Source: an uncultured Gemmataceae bacterium | GTDB lineage: Bacteria; Planctomycetota; Planctomycetia; Gemmatales; Gemmataceae | Length of the DNA: 64,000 bases | Assembly: GCA_963750165.1 (NCBI GenBank) | Contig: CAVVPN010000004.1 | Coordinates: 320,001-384,000, forward strand | Direction of reading: 5' to 3' | In this document: piece after piece, positions 1 through 10,382 of the stretch | Position numbering within the stretch: position 1 is the first letter of the stretch | Layout: each line of letters starts with the position of its first letter | Translations under genes and position numbers: made by a program | The notes under the pieces: generated by a model | Database searches by the model: none | The model's input: only the letters and a program-made list of their open reading frames with translations | Told to the model about the DNA's origin: nothing

Positions 1-1322
1 GGGCCGTGCCCGGCCCGGCTCGGCAAGTCCGTGGCGGGTCACCAGGAAGCCGATGCCAAGGAAGACGATCACCGTGCCCGGGATGGCCGTCATCATCCCG
101 GTGCCGATCATGTTCACGCCGACGCCGAACAACAGTTGCCACCAGAGCAACCGCCAGCCGAGCCGCCAGGGGTCCTTCGGCGAAGGCCCCGGTCGCGTCA
201 GGCACCAGGCGAAGAAGGCGACCCACAGCATCAGGCCAACCAGGCCCTGCTCCAGTAAGATCCGGCTGTATTCATTCTCCATCTGGACGGGGTTGGTAAT
301 CAGGCTTTGCAGGAAGTAAGGCAGACTGGTGCCGCCCGCCCCGAGGCCGTTGCCCATCGGGTAGGTGACCAGCAACTCCCAGAAATGAAAGTTCACGCTG
401 CCCTGCACGCGGTTCTCCACCATGTCGGTATCCTTGAGGGTCGTGAACCGCTGCATCCGCTCCTCGCCGGCCACGACGTAGCCGATGGCCCCGAGCAGCA
501 GCACCCAGACCACCAGATACTTTACCGAGATGCGTCCGGCGAACGTGGCGGCCGCGACGGAACTCGTGGCCACCAGCAGCAGGACGGCCAGCTGAACGAC
601 GCTCAACCGCGCCGCCGTCAAGAAGACGCCCAGCAAGCCCGCCCCGGCGCCGAGGATGAACAGGCCGCGCTGCCACGGCGCCGACCGCGGTTGAATCAGG
701 GCGCACACCAACCAGGGGAAGGTGCCGAGCATCGTGCCGCCGTAGGAGTGGGCGTTGGCGAAGGTGCCAGGGATGCGGAAGGTTCCCCGGCCCTGGCTGA
801 CGACGTCCTTGCTCCTGTAAATGATCTCGGTCACCTGGTTCTCGGGGTAGAACGCCGGCACGCCCAGGACGAACTCCCCGAGCGCAAACACCAGGACCAC
901 GCCGTTCAGGGTCGCCAGCCACAGCATCAGCTGCCCCAGCTGCCGGCCTGTCAGCAGCGCCCCCGCCAGCACGAACGGCACCAGGAAGGCGTTGCCGCGC
1001 AGCCCCACCAGCTGGACCAGCATGGCCTGCAACGGCAGCAGGAACATCACCAGCACCCAGCCGAGCATCACCGTCAGCCAGGTCCGCAGCGGCTTCAGGC
1101 GTGGCGTCTGCGTCCGCCGGAGTATTTCCGAGCCCTGGGACAGGTAAAACCCGAGCACCGCGCAGTCGAAGCAGAAGTACGTGAAACTGCCCAGGAAGTT
1201 GCGCGCAGGATGCCGTAAAAATACCCCACCGTCAGCACGCCCCCCAGCCCCGCGGCCAGCGATTTGCGGCCCAGCAGCAGCGTGCCGACCAGGGCGACCA
1301 GACACAACCCGATCCCGACCAT
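1..1322 (-). CDS. Polytopic membrane protein, O-antigen polymerase/ligase-like; runs off the window edge; apparent 1-nt frameshift near 1200
   Basis: ATG at 1322 reads MVGIGLCLVALVGTLLLG...GYFYGILRA, then continues in another frame as NFLGSFTYFCFDCAVLGFYL...LVQLVGLRGNAFLVPF. Many hydrophobic helices; lies downstream of a methyltransferase. Confidence 0.55.
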
Positions 1323-1402
1323 GCGTTGAGTCCTGTAACGTGGGGCCGATAAACCGGTAGCGTGCGCGGCTCGGACGAGTCGTCTCTTTGCTTCCGAACG
1401 CT

Positions 1403-2074
1403 CTATGCGTTCTTTTTCCCGACCACGAGCACATTGTCCGAAAAGGCCCGCGGCCCCAGCCGGGAGAGCCAGCTCGGGTAGTGCCAGGGCACCCCGGGAA
1501 TGCGACCCCGCCGGCTGTAAGCGACCGCCACGTCCGTGAGCCCACACTCCGCGGCCATGCGCCGCAGGTCGATTTCCAGGAGGGCCGTCAGGTGGGCCGG
1601 GTAGCAGGCGTCCTGGAAGGCGTTAAACTGGTTCTTGACCAGGAGAGTCAATTTACTCAACAAACTCAGCTGGTTCGGCGTCGTCACGAGCACCAGGCCG
1701 CCCGGGGCCGTCAGGCGCGTCAGTTCGCGGAAGAACGCTCGCGGGTTCTCCAGGTGCTCAATGGTTTCCACGGCCACGGTCACCTCCGCGCAGCCGTCCG
1801 GTAACGGGACGCGCCCCGAGTCGAGGTCGATGGCCAGGAACTCGCCCTCAGCGGGAAAGCCGTCATAACGGACAGCGTCGCAGCCGACGTAACGGTGGAC
1901 CAGCGCCTGCACCGCCGGCCACAGCCGGCCGTGTCCGCAGCCCACGTCGAGCAGGGTGCCCCCCGCAGGCCGCCGCTCGGCCAGCACGCGGCGGACCATC
2001 TCGTAGATGGGGCCGTCGCTGGCGCCCGCACTGAGGTGCGCCCGCGTTTGCACACTTTCATCAACCTGGGCCAT
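1403..2074 (-). CDS. Class I SAM-dependent methyltransferase
   Basis: LLDVGCGHG motif I; ETIEHLENP...PGG.VLVTTPN motifs. Confidence 0.9.
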   Translation of the reverse strand: MAQVDESVQTRAHLSAGASDGPIYEMVRRVLAERRPAGGTLLDVGCGHGRLWPAVQALVHRYVGCDAVRYDGFPAEGEFLAIDLDSGRVPLPDGCAEVTVAVETIEHLENPRAFFRELTRLTAPGGLVLVTTPNQLSLLSKLTLLVKNQFNAFQDACYPAHLTALLEIDLRRMAAECGLTDVAVAYSRRGRIPGVPWHYPSWLSRLGPRAFSDNVLVVGKKNA

Positions 2075-2236
2075 GGGGGTCTTCTGTCCGGGGAACGGTG
2101 GCGCTGCTCAGGAAGTGCGGGCGGGGATCGGTTTCTGCGCGGACTTCGTCCCCATCGGTTGCACGGAGGGTCCAACCGTTCAGCAGCGGTGGGGCGAGCC
2201 AGGCGACCTCCAGAGTCGTCGCCGGGGTAATTGGGG

Positions 2237-2273
2237 GCTTCAATGCGGCCACGGCTTCGCTGCCGTGGAGAAC
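2237..2273 (-). CRISPR. Solitary CRISPR-repeat-like unit (type I-G/I-U style); not an array
   Basis: Minus strand reads GTTCTCCACGGCAGCGAAGCCGTGGCCGCATTGAAGC: 37 nt, GTT start, 7-bp stem CCACGGC/GCCGTGG, ATTGAAGC end. No second copy seen in the window. Confidence 0.6.
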
Positions 2274-2327
2274 CCGAGCGACCGTTGGGGGTTGGGGAAA
2301 GGCGAGGAGGCAGCAACCGCTCAGGAA

Positions 2328-2356
2328 AGATTACACGCCGTCGTCGCGTCCCTCAA
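2328..2356 (-). promoter_or_regulatory. Putative sigma70 promoter facing the repeat and the methyltransferase
   Basis: TTGAGG-N17-TAATCT on the minus strand. Confidence 0.5.
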
Positions 2357-2418
2357 GGGGCAACAGCGTTTTCTTGGAAATTACACATGAAGTCCAGCCC
2401 GGCCAGGGTCGCTCTCCG

Positions 2419-2440
2419 GGCGAGCGGCGCGGCGTCAGCC
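2419..2440. repeat. Truncated arm of REP family A
   Basis: GGCGAGCGGCGCGGCGTCAGCC matches the arms at 10311, 46770 and 63338. Confidence 0.7.
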
Positions 2441-2454
2441 AGCGTCAATCGGTG

Positions 2455-2520
2455 CGGCAAGGGCGCCGCATCTCGACGTGTGAAAAAGTTGGCGTTCTTG
2501 GCGTTCTTGGCGTCCTTGCT
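2455..2520 (+). repeat. Dispersed ~65-nt element, copy 1 of 5
   Basis: CGGCAAGGGCGCCGCATCTCGACGTGTGAAAAAGTTGGCGTTCTTGGCGTTCTTGGCGTCCTTGCT; homologues at 14771, 16810, 36778 and 36888. Confidence 0.85.
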
Positions 2521-2691
2521 GCGACACGCCAGGCCGTCCGGTGCCGGGCCGTGCCCGGTGAGCCGCTCCAGGTCCGAGCGTACCGCCCTGATTTCGCTGG
2601 CATCCGTGGCGGCAGCCGGTACAGTAAAGTTCAGCCCGGGCCGGGGCGGTCCTGGCGTGGGCCACTTTCCCCTCTCAACCGGGTGTCCGCC

Positions 2692-3063
2692 ATGTCGCAA
2701 CGCTCACGGTCCTGGTCCGTCGCGCCCTCGTTCGCCGCACTCCTGCTCGGGCTGCTGGCCGGCCCGCTGCAGGCTCAGGGGAAAGGGCCCACGCCCGTTT
2801 CCTGGGAATACTGCGAGTTCAGCTGGTATGGTGAACGGCATCGCGTGGAATTCGCCAACCGGGTGGTGGAGGCCAAGAGCCTGCCGGAGCTGGCCGAAAA
2901 GCTGGGCAAGCGGACGAACCAGAACCACTCGACGGCGATCCTCAACGTGCTGGGCGAACAGGGCTGGGAGCTGGTGAGCCATCAGGTGCTCATCGACGCC
3001 GGGGTGCGGCGCTATTACTGGATCTTCAAGCGGCCGGGGGTGCCGCCCCTGAAAAGCCCCTGA
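2692..3063 (+). CDS. Secreted small protein, DUF4177-like
   Basis: Signal peptide, then WEY...ILNVLGEQGWELVS...YYWIFKRP. Confidence 0.7.
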   Translation: MSQRSRSWSVAPSFAALLLGLLAGPLQAQGKGPTPVSWEYCEFSWYGERHRVEFANRVVEAKSLPELAEKLGKRTNQNHSTAILNVLGEQGWELVSHQVLIDAGVRRYYWIFKRPGVPPLKSP

Positions 3064-3274
3064 AACCCGACGGCGGTGCCTTGCCGGCAGGACACCGGGT
3101 GACCTGTTCATTAAAAAAATTAATCCGGTTCTCATGCCGCTTCGGATACCATGATCCCATATGAAAATGGTGGGCGTAAAGCGGCAGAAAAAAGTGTAAA
3201 TCCTTGCAGAAGCCTGCAACGCTGCGCTGTGGGGTAGAGCGCATTCGATCTTTTCCTTTTCCAGGGAGTCCCGC

Positions 3275-4243
3275 ATGGTCCGTCACAGTCGCGCCCGGTC
3301 GGCGTTCACGCTGATTGAGTTACTGGTGGTGATCGCCATCATCGCCATCCTGATCGGCCTGCTCTTGCCCGCCGTGCAAAAGGTCCGCGAGGCGGCGGCC
3401 AGCACCCAGTGCAAGAACAACCTCAGCCAGCTCGGCAAGGCCATTCACAATTACCACAGCGTCTACAACCGGCTGCCGTACAATGCGACGCTCCCCACCG
3501 CCCCGCAATACAACTGGGCTACCGACAGCGTCGTCCCCGGCCCGCAGACCTGGACCTGGATCGCGCGCATCCTGCCCTACATCGAGCAGGAGAACCTGGC
3601 CAACACCTACAACATTCCCAACGGCACCCTGGGCGCGGCGCAGGCCGGGCTGACGACGGTCATCCCCATGCTGCTGTGTCCCTCGGACAGCACCGAAGCG
3701 GGCTCCACCGCGAACGCCTGGCCCAACATCAACGGCATCTCCATGGCCCTGATCAATTACAAGGGCGTCAGCGGCTGCAACTGGGGCAGCAATGGCACGG
3801 CCTCCGCCGCCCCTGGCTTCACCACCGCGTTCCCCGTCAAGGATCCGGACCCGACCAAGACCTACGACGGCCTGGATCACGCCAACGGCATCTTCTACCG
3901 CTCGGACGGCAGCCGCAAACTGCGGCTGACGAACATCACCGACGGCACCAGCAACACCTTCATGATCGGCGAGGACCTGTACAGCTTCGACTGGCACTGC
4001 GGCGGTTGGGCCTACCCCAACTACGTCAACGGCACGTGCGCCATCCCGCCGAACTACGCCGACCCGGGCAACAACAACCAAAATTGGCCCAACCGCTATT
4101 CGTTCCACAGCATGCACCCCGGCGGCGTCAACTTCTGCCTGGCCGACGGCTCGGTGCGTTTCGTCTCCAACGGCGTGGACATCAACACGTATTACGCCAT
4201 GGCGACCATCCGGGGCGGGGAGACGCTCGACCTTGTGGACTGA
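3275..4243 (+). CDS. DUF1559 / prepilin-type N-terminal methylation domain protein (H-X9-DG-CTERM)
   Basis: AFTLIELLVVIAIIAILIGLLLPAVQKVREAA; ITDGTSNT; HPGGVNFCLADGSVRF. Confidence 0.95.
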   Translation: MVRHSRARSAFTLIELLVVIAIIAILIGLLLPAVQKVREAAASTQCKNNLSQLGKAIHNYHSVYNRLPYNATLPTAPQYNWATDSVVPGPQTWTWIARILPYIEQENLANTYNIPNGTLGAAQAGLTTVIPMLLCPSDSTEAGSTANAWPNINGISMALINYKGVSGCNWGSNGTASAAPGFTTAFPVKDPDPTKTYDGLDHANGIFYRSDGSRKLRLTNITDGTSNTFMIGEDLYSFDWHCGGWAYPNYVNGTCAIPPNYADPGNNNQNWPNRYSFHSMHPGGVNFCLADGSVRFVSNGVDINTYYAMATIRGGETLDLVD

Positions 4244-4289
4244 CGAGCGGCGGTGGTGGTGTGGCACGGTTCACCCCAGAGGAGACAGC

Positions 4290-4730
4290 ATGCGGTTTCA
4301 ATACTTGCTGGTGGGTTTGGTGCTGGTCGTGGCCGGCTGCGGCGGTTCGAAAGTGGCCCCCGTTTCGGGCCGGGTGCTGCTGGATGGCAAGCCGTTGGCC
4401 GGCGCCTCGGTCAACTTCTTGCCCGATACCAAGGAAAAAGAGCCCGGTCCCGGTTCGGTGGGCAAAACCGACGCCGATGGCAAGTTCACCTTGCAGTTGC
4501 AAACCGGCAGCGGCAACGGGGCCATTATTGGCAAGCACAGGGTCCGAATCACCGCGTTTGAGGGGGGCGACGAGCCCCCTTCCAGCAACCCCAACGAACA
4601 GTTTTTCCGCAAACCTCTGGTGCCGGAACGGTACAGCGGGAACAATACCGAACTGACGTTCGAGGTGCCCGCGGGCGGCACCACGGAGGCGATTTTCGAG
4701 CTGAAGTCGGACGCGCCGAAGGGGAAGTGA
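4290..4730 (+). CDS. Lipoprotein with carboxypeptidase-regulatory-like domain (usual DUF1559 partner)
   Basis: Lipobox VAGC; PVSGRVLLDGKPL...GKTDADGKFTL...PERY. Confidence 0.85.
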   Translation: MRFQYLLVGLVLVVAGCGGSKVAPVSGRVLLDGKPLAGASVNFLPDTKEKEPGPGSVGKTDADGKFTLQLQTGSGNGAIIGKHRVRITAFEGGDEPPSSNPNEQFFRKPLVPERYSGNNTELTFEVPAGGTTEAIFELKSDAPKGK

Positions 4731-4739
4731 CGAACCCTG

Positions 4740-4776
4740 AAGGCGCGCCGGTCGCTGACGCTCCCGGCGCGCCTTT
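4740..4776 (+). terminator. GC-rich hairpin, possible terminator
   Basis: AAGGCGCGCCGG...CCGGCGCGCCTTT just after the stop codon. Confidence 0.45.
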
Positions 4777-4848
4777 GCCTACTTTCAGGGGGCACCCCCC
4801 GGGCGTCCCCCGGCCCGTCGGCGGCCGGGGCATCTCCTCAGATTTACC

Positions 4849-4876
4849 CTGACATTTTGCCCGGGTGACGTATACT
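4849..4876 (+). promoter_or_regulatory. Putative sigma70 promoter of the kinase gene
   Basis: CTGACA-N16-TATACT. Confidence 0.45.
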
Positions 4877-5015
4877 AGCCGGGGGGCATTTCCGCCCCGC
4901 CCGTGCAAGCGACGTCGGCCGCGTGCGCCCGCCGGTCACCTGGAACCAGCAGTAGGCTCGCCGTGTGATCGCCTCCCCTTTGGCCCGCGCCGCCGGCCCG
5001 GGACGGATAGAAACG

Positions 5016-7220
5016 ATGCCAGCTCCAGCAACCGCCGTCGAATTCCTGGACCTGACGCGCCGCAGCGGCGTTGTGGACGAGCGCCGCCTCGAGGCCCACA
5101 TCCAGAAGCTCACCGCCGCCGGCGCGCTGCCGGCCGACGCCGGTAAGCTCGCCAGCAAACTGGTCCAGGACGGCTTGCTGACCCACTTTCAGGCCGAGCA
5201 GCTCATGCAGGGCAAATGGCGGCGTTTCACCATTGGCAAGTACAAGGTGCTGGAAAAGCTTGGCTCGGGCGGCATGGGCAACGTCTACCTGTGCGAGCAC
5301 AAGCTCATGCGCCGCCGCGTGGCGGTCAAGATCCTGCCCACCGCCAAGGCCGCCGAACCCTCCTCGCTGGAGCGCTTCTACCGCGAGGCCCGCGCCGTGG
5401 CCGCCCTCGACCACCCCAACATCGTCCACGCTTACGACATCGACCAGGACGAGAGCCTGCACTTTCTGGTCATGGAGTACGTGGACGGCGCCAGCCTGCA
5501 GGAGATCGTCAAGCGCTCCGGGCCGCTGACCCCGGCCCGCGCGGCCCATTACGTGCAGCAGACCGCTCTGGGCCTGGAGCACGCCCACGCCTCCGGCCTC
5601 GTTCACCGCGACATCAAGCCCGGCAACGTCCTGGTGGATCGCACTGGCATCGTCAAGATTCTCGACATGGGCCTGGCCCGCTTCTTCAACGACACCGACG
5701 ACATCCTCACCAAGAAGTACGACGAGAACGTGCTGGGCACGGCGGACTACCTGGCCCCCGAGCAGGCGGTCGATAGCCACGGCGTGGACATCCGCGCCGA
5801 CATCTACAGCCTGGGCGGCACCTTTTACTTCATGCTGACCGGCCAGACGCCGTTCGGCGACGGCAGCGTGGCGCAGAAGCTGATCTGGCACCAGACCCGG
5901 CAGCCGCGGCCGGTCACGGAGCTGCGCCGCGAAGTGCCGCCGGCCATGTCCGCGGTCATCGAACGGATGATGGCCAAGGACCCCAACCAGCGCTACCAGA
6001 CGCCGCGCGAGGTGGCCGAGGCACTGACGCCGTGGACGCAACAGGCCATCGCGCCCCCCTCCGAGACAGAGATGCCGCGACTGTGCCTGGCCGCCACCGG
6101 CGCCGTGAGCGGCGACGCGAGCCTGGCCGGCGTCAGCCCACCGCCCGTGTCGCGGCGGTCCTGGGAGGTCAGCAGCCCCGCCGGGTCGCAGGCGGCCCCC
6201 ACCGCGCGGCCGCCGTCGGTTGCCCCCGAAACCTACGCCCAGGTCTCCCGCGAGACGCCCACGGCGCGCGAGCCGGCGCCGCCCCGCGTCGCTGTGCGTC
6301 CCGTGCCGCCGCCGGTCGATCAGGAAGACAGCATCCCCTGGGAAAAAGTGGCGGCCGAGGCGGGTCACGCGCACGCGGAGGCTGGCCAGCCCCGGAAGCG
6401 GCCGCGCCGCACCCTGGCCGAGCAGACGACGATGCTGACCGGCTCGGCGTACGCCCAGCGCGAGCAACGGTTGCTCATCTGGATCGTGTCGGTGGTCGGC
6501 GTGCTGTTGATCGTCGGCCTGGTGGTGGCCGCGTTCGCCACCGGCACGGTGGAGCGGCTGCTCAACCCACCGCCGCCGGCGCCGAAGTACGCCAAGGAGC
6601 CGCTCAAGGTAACGCAGGCCGGCGACGAGGGCGACGGCGTTTTCCACTCGGTCGGCAAGGCCCTGAAGAAGGCGGAGGCCGGCGACCGCATCCTGCTGAT
6701 GGACCCGGTCCACCAGGAAATCCTGCGGCTGGACGGCAAGAACCTGCCGGCCGACATCACCATCGAGCCGGGTCCGGGCGTGAAGGTGACCTGGTCCGGT
6801 GTGGGCAGGTTCTCCGAACCGCTGCTGTACGTGACGAGCGCGCGCGGCCTGCACTTCCGCAAGATTCACTTCGATGGCAAATATCAGCGCAGCAAACTCA
6901 TCACGCTGACCGGCCGCTGTCCGGGGCTGACGTTCGAGGACGTGACGCTGGAGGGCTTCAAGGACCGCGGCATGGTGATCGCGAACTGCTCCGGCGAAGA
7001 GGGGCGGCCGGTGGAACTGCTGCGCCTGACGGTGCAGGCCGGCGGCAAGCGCCCGGAGACGGGGCTGTGGTTCTTCGTCAACAAGAACATCGCGGAGCCG
7101 CCGGGCAACGAGCACATCCTCGTCAAGGATTGTCACTTCGAGGGCGAGTTCCAGAAGGGCGGCCTGGATTTCGTGGCGCCGCGCGCTGCCTCGGTCCAGC
7201 TGGTGAACACGAAGCAGTAA
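5016..7220 (+). CDS. Hanks-type Ser/Thr protein kinase with TM helix and C-terminal extracytoplasmic beta-helix-like domain
   Basis: LGSGGMG, VAVK, HRDIKPGN, DMGLA, GTADYLAPE; Pro-rich linker; TM LLIWIVSVVGVLLIVGLVVAAF. Confidence 0.95.
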   Translation: MPAPATAVEFLDLTRRSGVVDERRLEAHIQKLTAAGALPADAGKLASKLVQDGLLTHFQAEQLMQGKWRRFTIGKYKVLEKLGSGGMGNVYLCEHKLMRRRVAVKILPTAKAAEPSSLERFYREARAVAALDHPNIVHAYDIDQDESLHFLVMEYVDGASLQEIVKRSGPLTPARAAHYVQQTALGLEHAHASGLVHRDIKPGNVLVDRTGIVKILDMGLARFFNDTDDILTKKYDENVLGTADYLAPEQAVDSHGVDIRADIYSLGGTFYFMLTGQTPFGDGSVAQKLIWHQTRQPRPVTELRREVPPAMSAVIERMMAKDPNQRYQTPREVAEALTPWTQQAIAPPSETEMPRLCLAATGAVSGDASLAGVSPPPVSRRSWEVSSPAGSQAAPTARPPSVAPETYAQVSRETPTAREPAPPRVAVRPVPPPVDQEDSIPWEKVAAEAGHAHAEAGQPRKRPRRTLAEQTTMLTGSAYAQREQRLLIWIVSVVGVLLIVGLVVAAFATGTVERLLNPPPPAPKYAKEPLKVTQAGDEGDGVFHSVGKALKKAEAGDRILLMDPVHQEILRLDGKNLPADITIEPGPGVKVTWSGVGRFSEPLLYVTSARGLHFRKIHFDGKYQRSKLITLTGRCPGLTFEDVTLEGFKDRGMVIANCSGEEGRPVELLRLTVQAGGKRPETGLWFFVNKNIAEPPGNEHILVKDCHFEGEFQKGGLDFVAPRAASVQLVNTKQ

Positions 7221-7259
7221 ATCGCTGTCTTTCTGCCGCTCGCCTTTTGTGCGCTGGCG

Positions 7260-9476
7260 CTATGCCGCAAGCGGCAGATCAACGGGCTCCGGCGTCGGCC
7301 TGCACAGCCAAACCAGCACGCCCCCCACCGCCGCCACGGCCGCCGCGCCCAGCAGCCAATCCGCCGGCAAATGTCCCTCCGGAGCAGTGTCGAGATAACT
7401 GACTCCGACCAGGAAACCGTTGTGACAGGCGTGCAGCACCATGCCCGGCACAACGCTGCCGCTGCGGTACGCTACCCAGCCCAGCACCAGCCCCAGAACC
7501 GTGCTCGGCAACAGCCGCTCCAGCGCGAAGGCGTCCGCCACCAGATGGAACAGCCCGAACAGCAGCGCCGAGGTCACGACCGTGGCCCGCGGCCCCAGCG
7601 CCGAGCGCAGCGACGCGAACAGAAAGCCGCGGAAAAACCACTCCTCCGCCAGCGCCGGCACCACGAACGCGGCCACCAGCAGCAGCGGCGGCAACGCCCG
7701 CCGCAGCATGCCCAGCTGTTCCGCCACCCGCTCCGCCCCGTGCTGCCCCAGCGGCGCGAGTCCCCAGTCTCGGAACAGCGCCAGCTGTTCGATCACGAAC
7801 GGCCACAGGCCCACCCCCAGCAGCAGGCCGCCCGCCAGCGCCGCCAGCGGCGGCCGGCGCAGTCGGAACCCCGTGGTCAACGAAACCCGGCCCCGCGCCG
7901 CCGCGAACAGCGGCAGCAGCCCGAACAGCGCCACGCTCACCAGCGCCACCAGGCCGACCCGCAGCCCGAGTTGCTGCCGTGCCGCCAGGCCGCCAACGGT
8001 CACCTGGGCGGCCACGCCTCTGAGCACGAACGTCAGCGGGAACATCAGCGCCAGGCACAAAAGGGCGGTGCTGACCGGGGCGGCGACGCACGGCTGGCGC
8101 GGGCGGCGGAACAGGTCGGCCCAGCTGCTCTGTTCGCTGTAGAGCACCGCCTCGGCGCCGAAGATGCGGGCGGCGACGCCGACAGCCGCCGCGGCGTACA
8201 GCAGCGTGGACAGCACCACGACGCCGGCCACCGCCGGCACCGCCACGCCCTGCAGCAGGTCGCGCGCCAGCAGGACGATGTTGAGCAGCGGCACCACCGT
8301 GAGCAGGCCGCTCAGGTGCAACCCCGGCAGCAGTCCGGCCACGCCCGGCGCCAGCGCCGCCAGCATCAGCGGGATCAAGTACGCCTGCGCTTCCTTGAAG
8401 CTGCGCGCGAAACTGGTCAGCGCCAGCAGCACTGCCGAGAAGAACAGCGCGAACAGGATCAGCAGCCCGAACACCGGCAGGACCGCCGCGGCCGTCAGGC
8501 CGTGTTCGCCGAAGATCAGCGCCGCCAGGCCGCTCACCTGCAGCGTCACCACCATCATGACCAGGTTGACGACGGCGGTGAGCAGGGCGACGGTCACCAC
8601 CGCGACGTACTTGGCGAACAACAGCGCCAGTCGCGGCACCGGGGCGGCCACCAGGATTTCCAGGGTGCCGCGCTCGCGCTCGCCGGCGGTCAGGTCGATG
8701 GCCGGGTAGACCGCGCCGGTGATGGTCATGAGCACGAGCACCAGCGGCACCAGCGCCGCCAGCGACAGGCCCTCGCTCGGCTCCGCCACGCCCACCGCCT
8801 GGATCTCCGCCCGCCACGGCGCCACCCGCTCCCACACCCCCTGCTGCCATAGCCGGTCCTGGGTCGCGTAGGCGTTGGCCAGCATCAGCTCGCGCTCGAC
8901 GTAACGCAGCGCCTCGAGGCTGTTCGGGCTGCCCTGCAGGTAGAGGAATTGAACCTCAAAGGCGGGTTCGCGTGTGCCAATGCCCGGGAGCTTCCGCAAA
9001 CGCACGGCCAGGTGAACTTCGTGAGCGCGGACGACCTCCTCCAGGTTCGCAGCCGCGAAAAATTTCAGCTGGGGCGGCTTCCTGCTGGGCTGCGGTTGTG
9101 GCGGCTGGGCGGGGTCGAACTGAATGAGGCGGCCCACCGCGGCAGCGCCGAACGGCCCGGCGCCGCCGAAACCGACGACGGCGCCAGCCTCCCGGGCAAC
9201 GTGGAACTGACGGTACTGCAGATACCAGATGAAATCATCGTCCCACTCGCTCGGCGTGAGGGCGATCATGTACACCGTGACCGGCTCGCTCTCCACCGTC
9301 GCCAGGAAAAACTGCTGGAAGGCGATGCTCAGCAGCGGATAGAGCAGCACCGGCATGAGCACCAGCGTGACGATGGTGCGGCGGTCGCGGAGGATTTCGC
9401 TGAGTTCCTTGCGAACCAGTCGGCCCAGGCGGGCCAGCGCCGGCAGCGGTCGCGGCGCGGTCGGAACGTCGTTCAT
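7260..9476 (-). CDS. ABC-2 permease (NatB-like) fused to a CPBP/Abi intramembrane metalloprotease
   Basis: [36 protein letters not shown]-terminal EEWFFRG...FH...H..HN. Confidence 0.9.
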   Translation of the reverse strand: MNDVPTAPRPLPALARLGRLVRKELSEILRDRRTIVTLVLMPVLLYPLLSIAFQQFFLATVESEPVTVYMIALTPSEWDDDFIWYLQYRQFHVAREAGAVVGFGGAGPFGAAAVGRLIQFDPAQPPQPQPSRKPPQLKFFAAANLEEVVRAHEVHLAVRLRKLPGIGTREPAFEVQFLYLQGSPNSLEALRYVERELMLANAYATQDRLWQQGVWERVAPWRAEIQAVGVAEPSEGLSLAALVPLVLVLMTITGAVYPAIDLTAGERERGTLEILVAAPVPRLALLFAKYVAVVTVALLTAVVNLVMMVVTLQVSGLAALIFGEHGLTAAAVLPVFGLLILFALFFSAVLLALTSFARSFKEAQAYLIPLMLAALAPGVAGLLPGLHLSGLLTVVPLLNIVLLARDLLQGVAVPAVAGVVVLSTLLYAAAAVGVAARIFGAEAVLYSEQSSWADLFRRPRQPCVAAPVSTALLCLALMFPLTFVLRGVAAQVTVGGLAARQQLGLRVGLVALVSVALFGLLPLFAAARGRVSLTTGFRLRRPPLAALAGGLLLGVGLWPFVIEQLALFRDWGLAPLGQHGAERVAEQLGMLRRALPPLLLVAAFVVPALAEEWFFRGFLFASLRSALGPRATVVTSALLFGLFHLVADAFALERLLPSTVLGLVLGWVAYRSGSVVPGMVLHACHNGFLVGVSYLDTAPEGHLPADWLLGAAAVAAVGGVLVWLCRPTPEPVDLPLAA

Positions 9477-10242
9477 GGCGTGGCCTTCTCCGGCGGCGCC
9501 GCGAGGGCCGGGCCGACTCGGGACAGTTGCAAGAACATCTCCACCAGGGTAACGCAACCGGTGCGGCGCGCAGCTCCTCCAGGGTGCCTTCGCTGACCAG
9601 CCGGCCGTGGTGCAGCAGGCCGAAGCGCGTACACAGCCGCTCGGCCTCGTCGAGACGGTGCGTCGTCAGGATGACCGCTTTGCCCTGCTGCCGCAAGAGA
9701 GCGATGTACTCCGCGACGACCTGGCTGCCGAGCACGTCCAGGCCGAGGGTGGGCTCGTCGAGCAGCAGCACCGGCGGCCGGTGGATGAGGGCGCGGGCCA
9801 GGTTGACGCGCTGCCGCTGGCCAGTGCTCAGGGTGCCGCAGCGGCGGTCGAGCAATTCGGTCAGGCCGAGCAGACCGGCGAGGTGCTGCAGTTCGGCGCG
9901 GGCCGCGTCGGGCGGCACGGCGTAGAGGTCGGCGAAGAACAGCAGCATTTCGCGGACGCTGAGGGCCTGGTAGAGGCCGGCGTTGGCGGCGACCAGGCCG
10001 ACGCGGCGCTTGACCTCATCGGGATGGTCGGCGGAGTTGAAGCCGGCGATTGCCGCCCGTCCGCCGCTGGGCGTCAGCAGGCCGAGGATCATGCGGATGG
10101 TGGTGGTTTTGCCGGCGCCGTTGGGACCGAGCAGACCGTAGACCTCGCCGGCCGCGACGGTGAACGACAGGTCCGCGACGGCAACGACCTCGTCGCCGCC
10201 GGGCAGCGGGAAGCGCTTGGACAGGTGCTCAACATGAATCAT
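9473..10242 (-). CDS. ABC transporter ATP-binding protein (NatA-like); apparent frameshift near 9565
   Basis: [24 protein letters not shown]; the shifted C-terminus ([10 protein letters not shown]) ends in an ATGA overlap with the permease. Confidence 0.9.
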
Positions 10243-10274
10243 CGGCGGACCCCGGGCAGCGCGTTCGATGTGAT

Positions 10275-10378
10275 GGCGAGCGGCGCGGCGTTAGCCCGCC
10301 GTGGCAGCACGGCGAGCGGCGCGGCGTCAGCCCGCCGGTGCTTCGCAGTACCGGCGGGCTGACGCCGCGCCGCTCGCC
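10275..10378. repeat. REP family A cluster (extra arm plus inverted pair)
   Basis: GGCGAGCGGCGCGGCGTCAGCCCGCCGGT...ACCGGCGGGCTGACGCCGCGCCGCTCGCC. Confidence 0.85.
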
Positions 10379-10382
10379 TTTT

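Noticed and set aside
1353..1364. ops/JUMPStart-like CCGGTAGCGTG near the polysaccharide genes
   Set aside because: Imperfect match, and on the strand opposite to the operon's transcription.
2160..2420. A true CRISPR array
   Set aside because: Only one repeat copy, no repeat-spacer periodicity, and no cas genes in the window.
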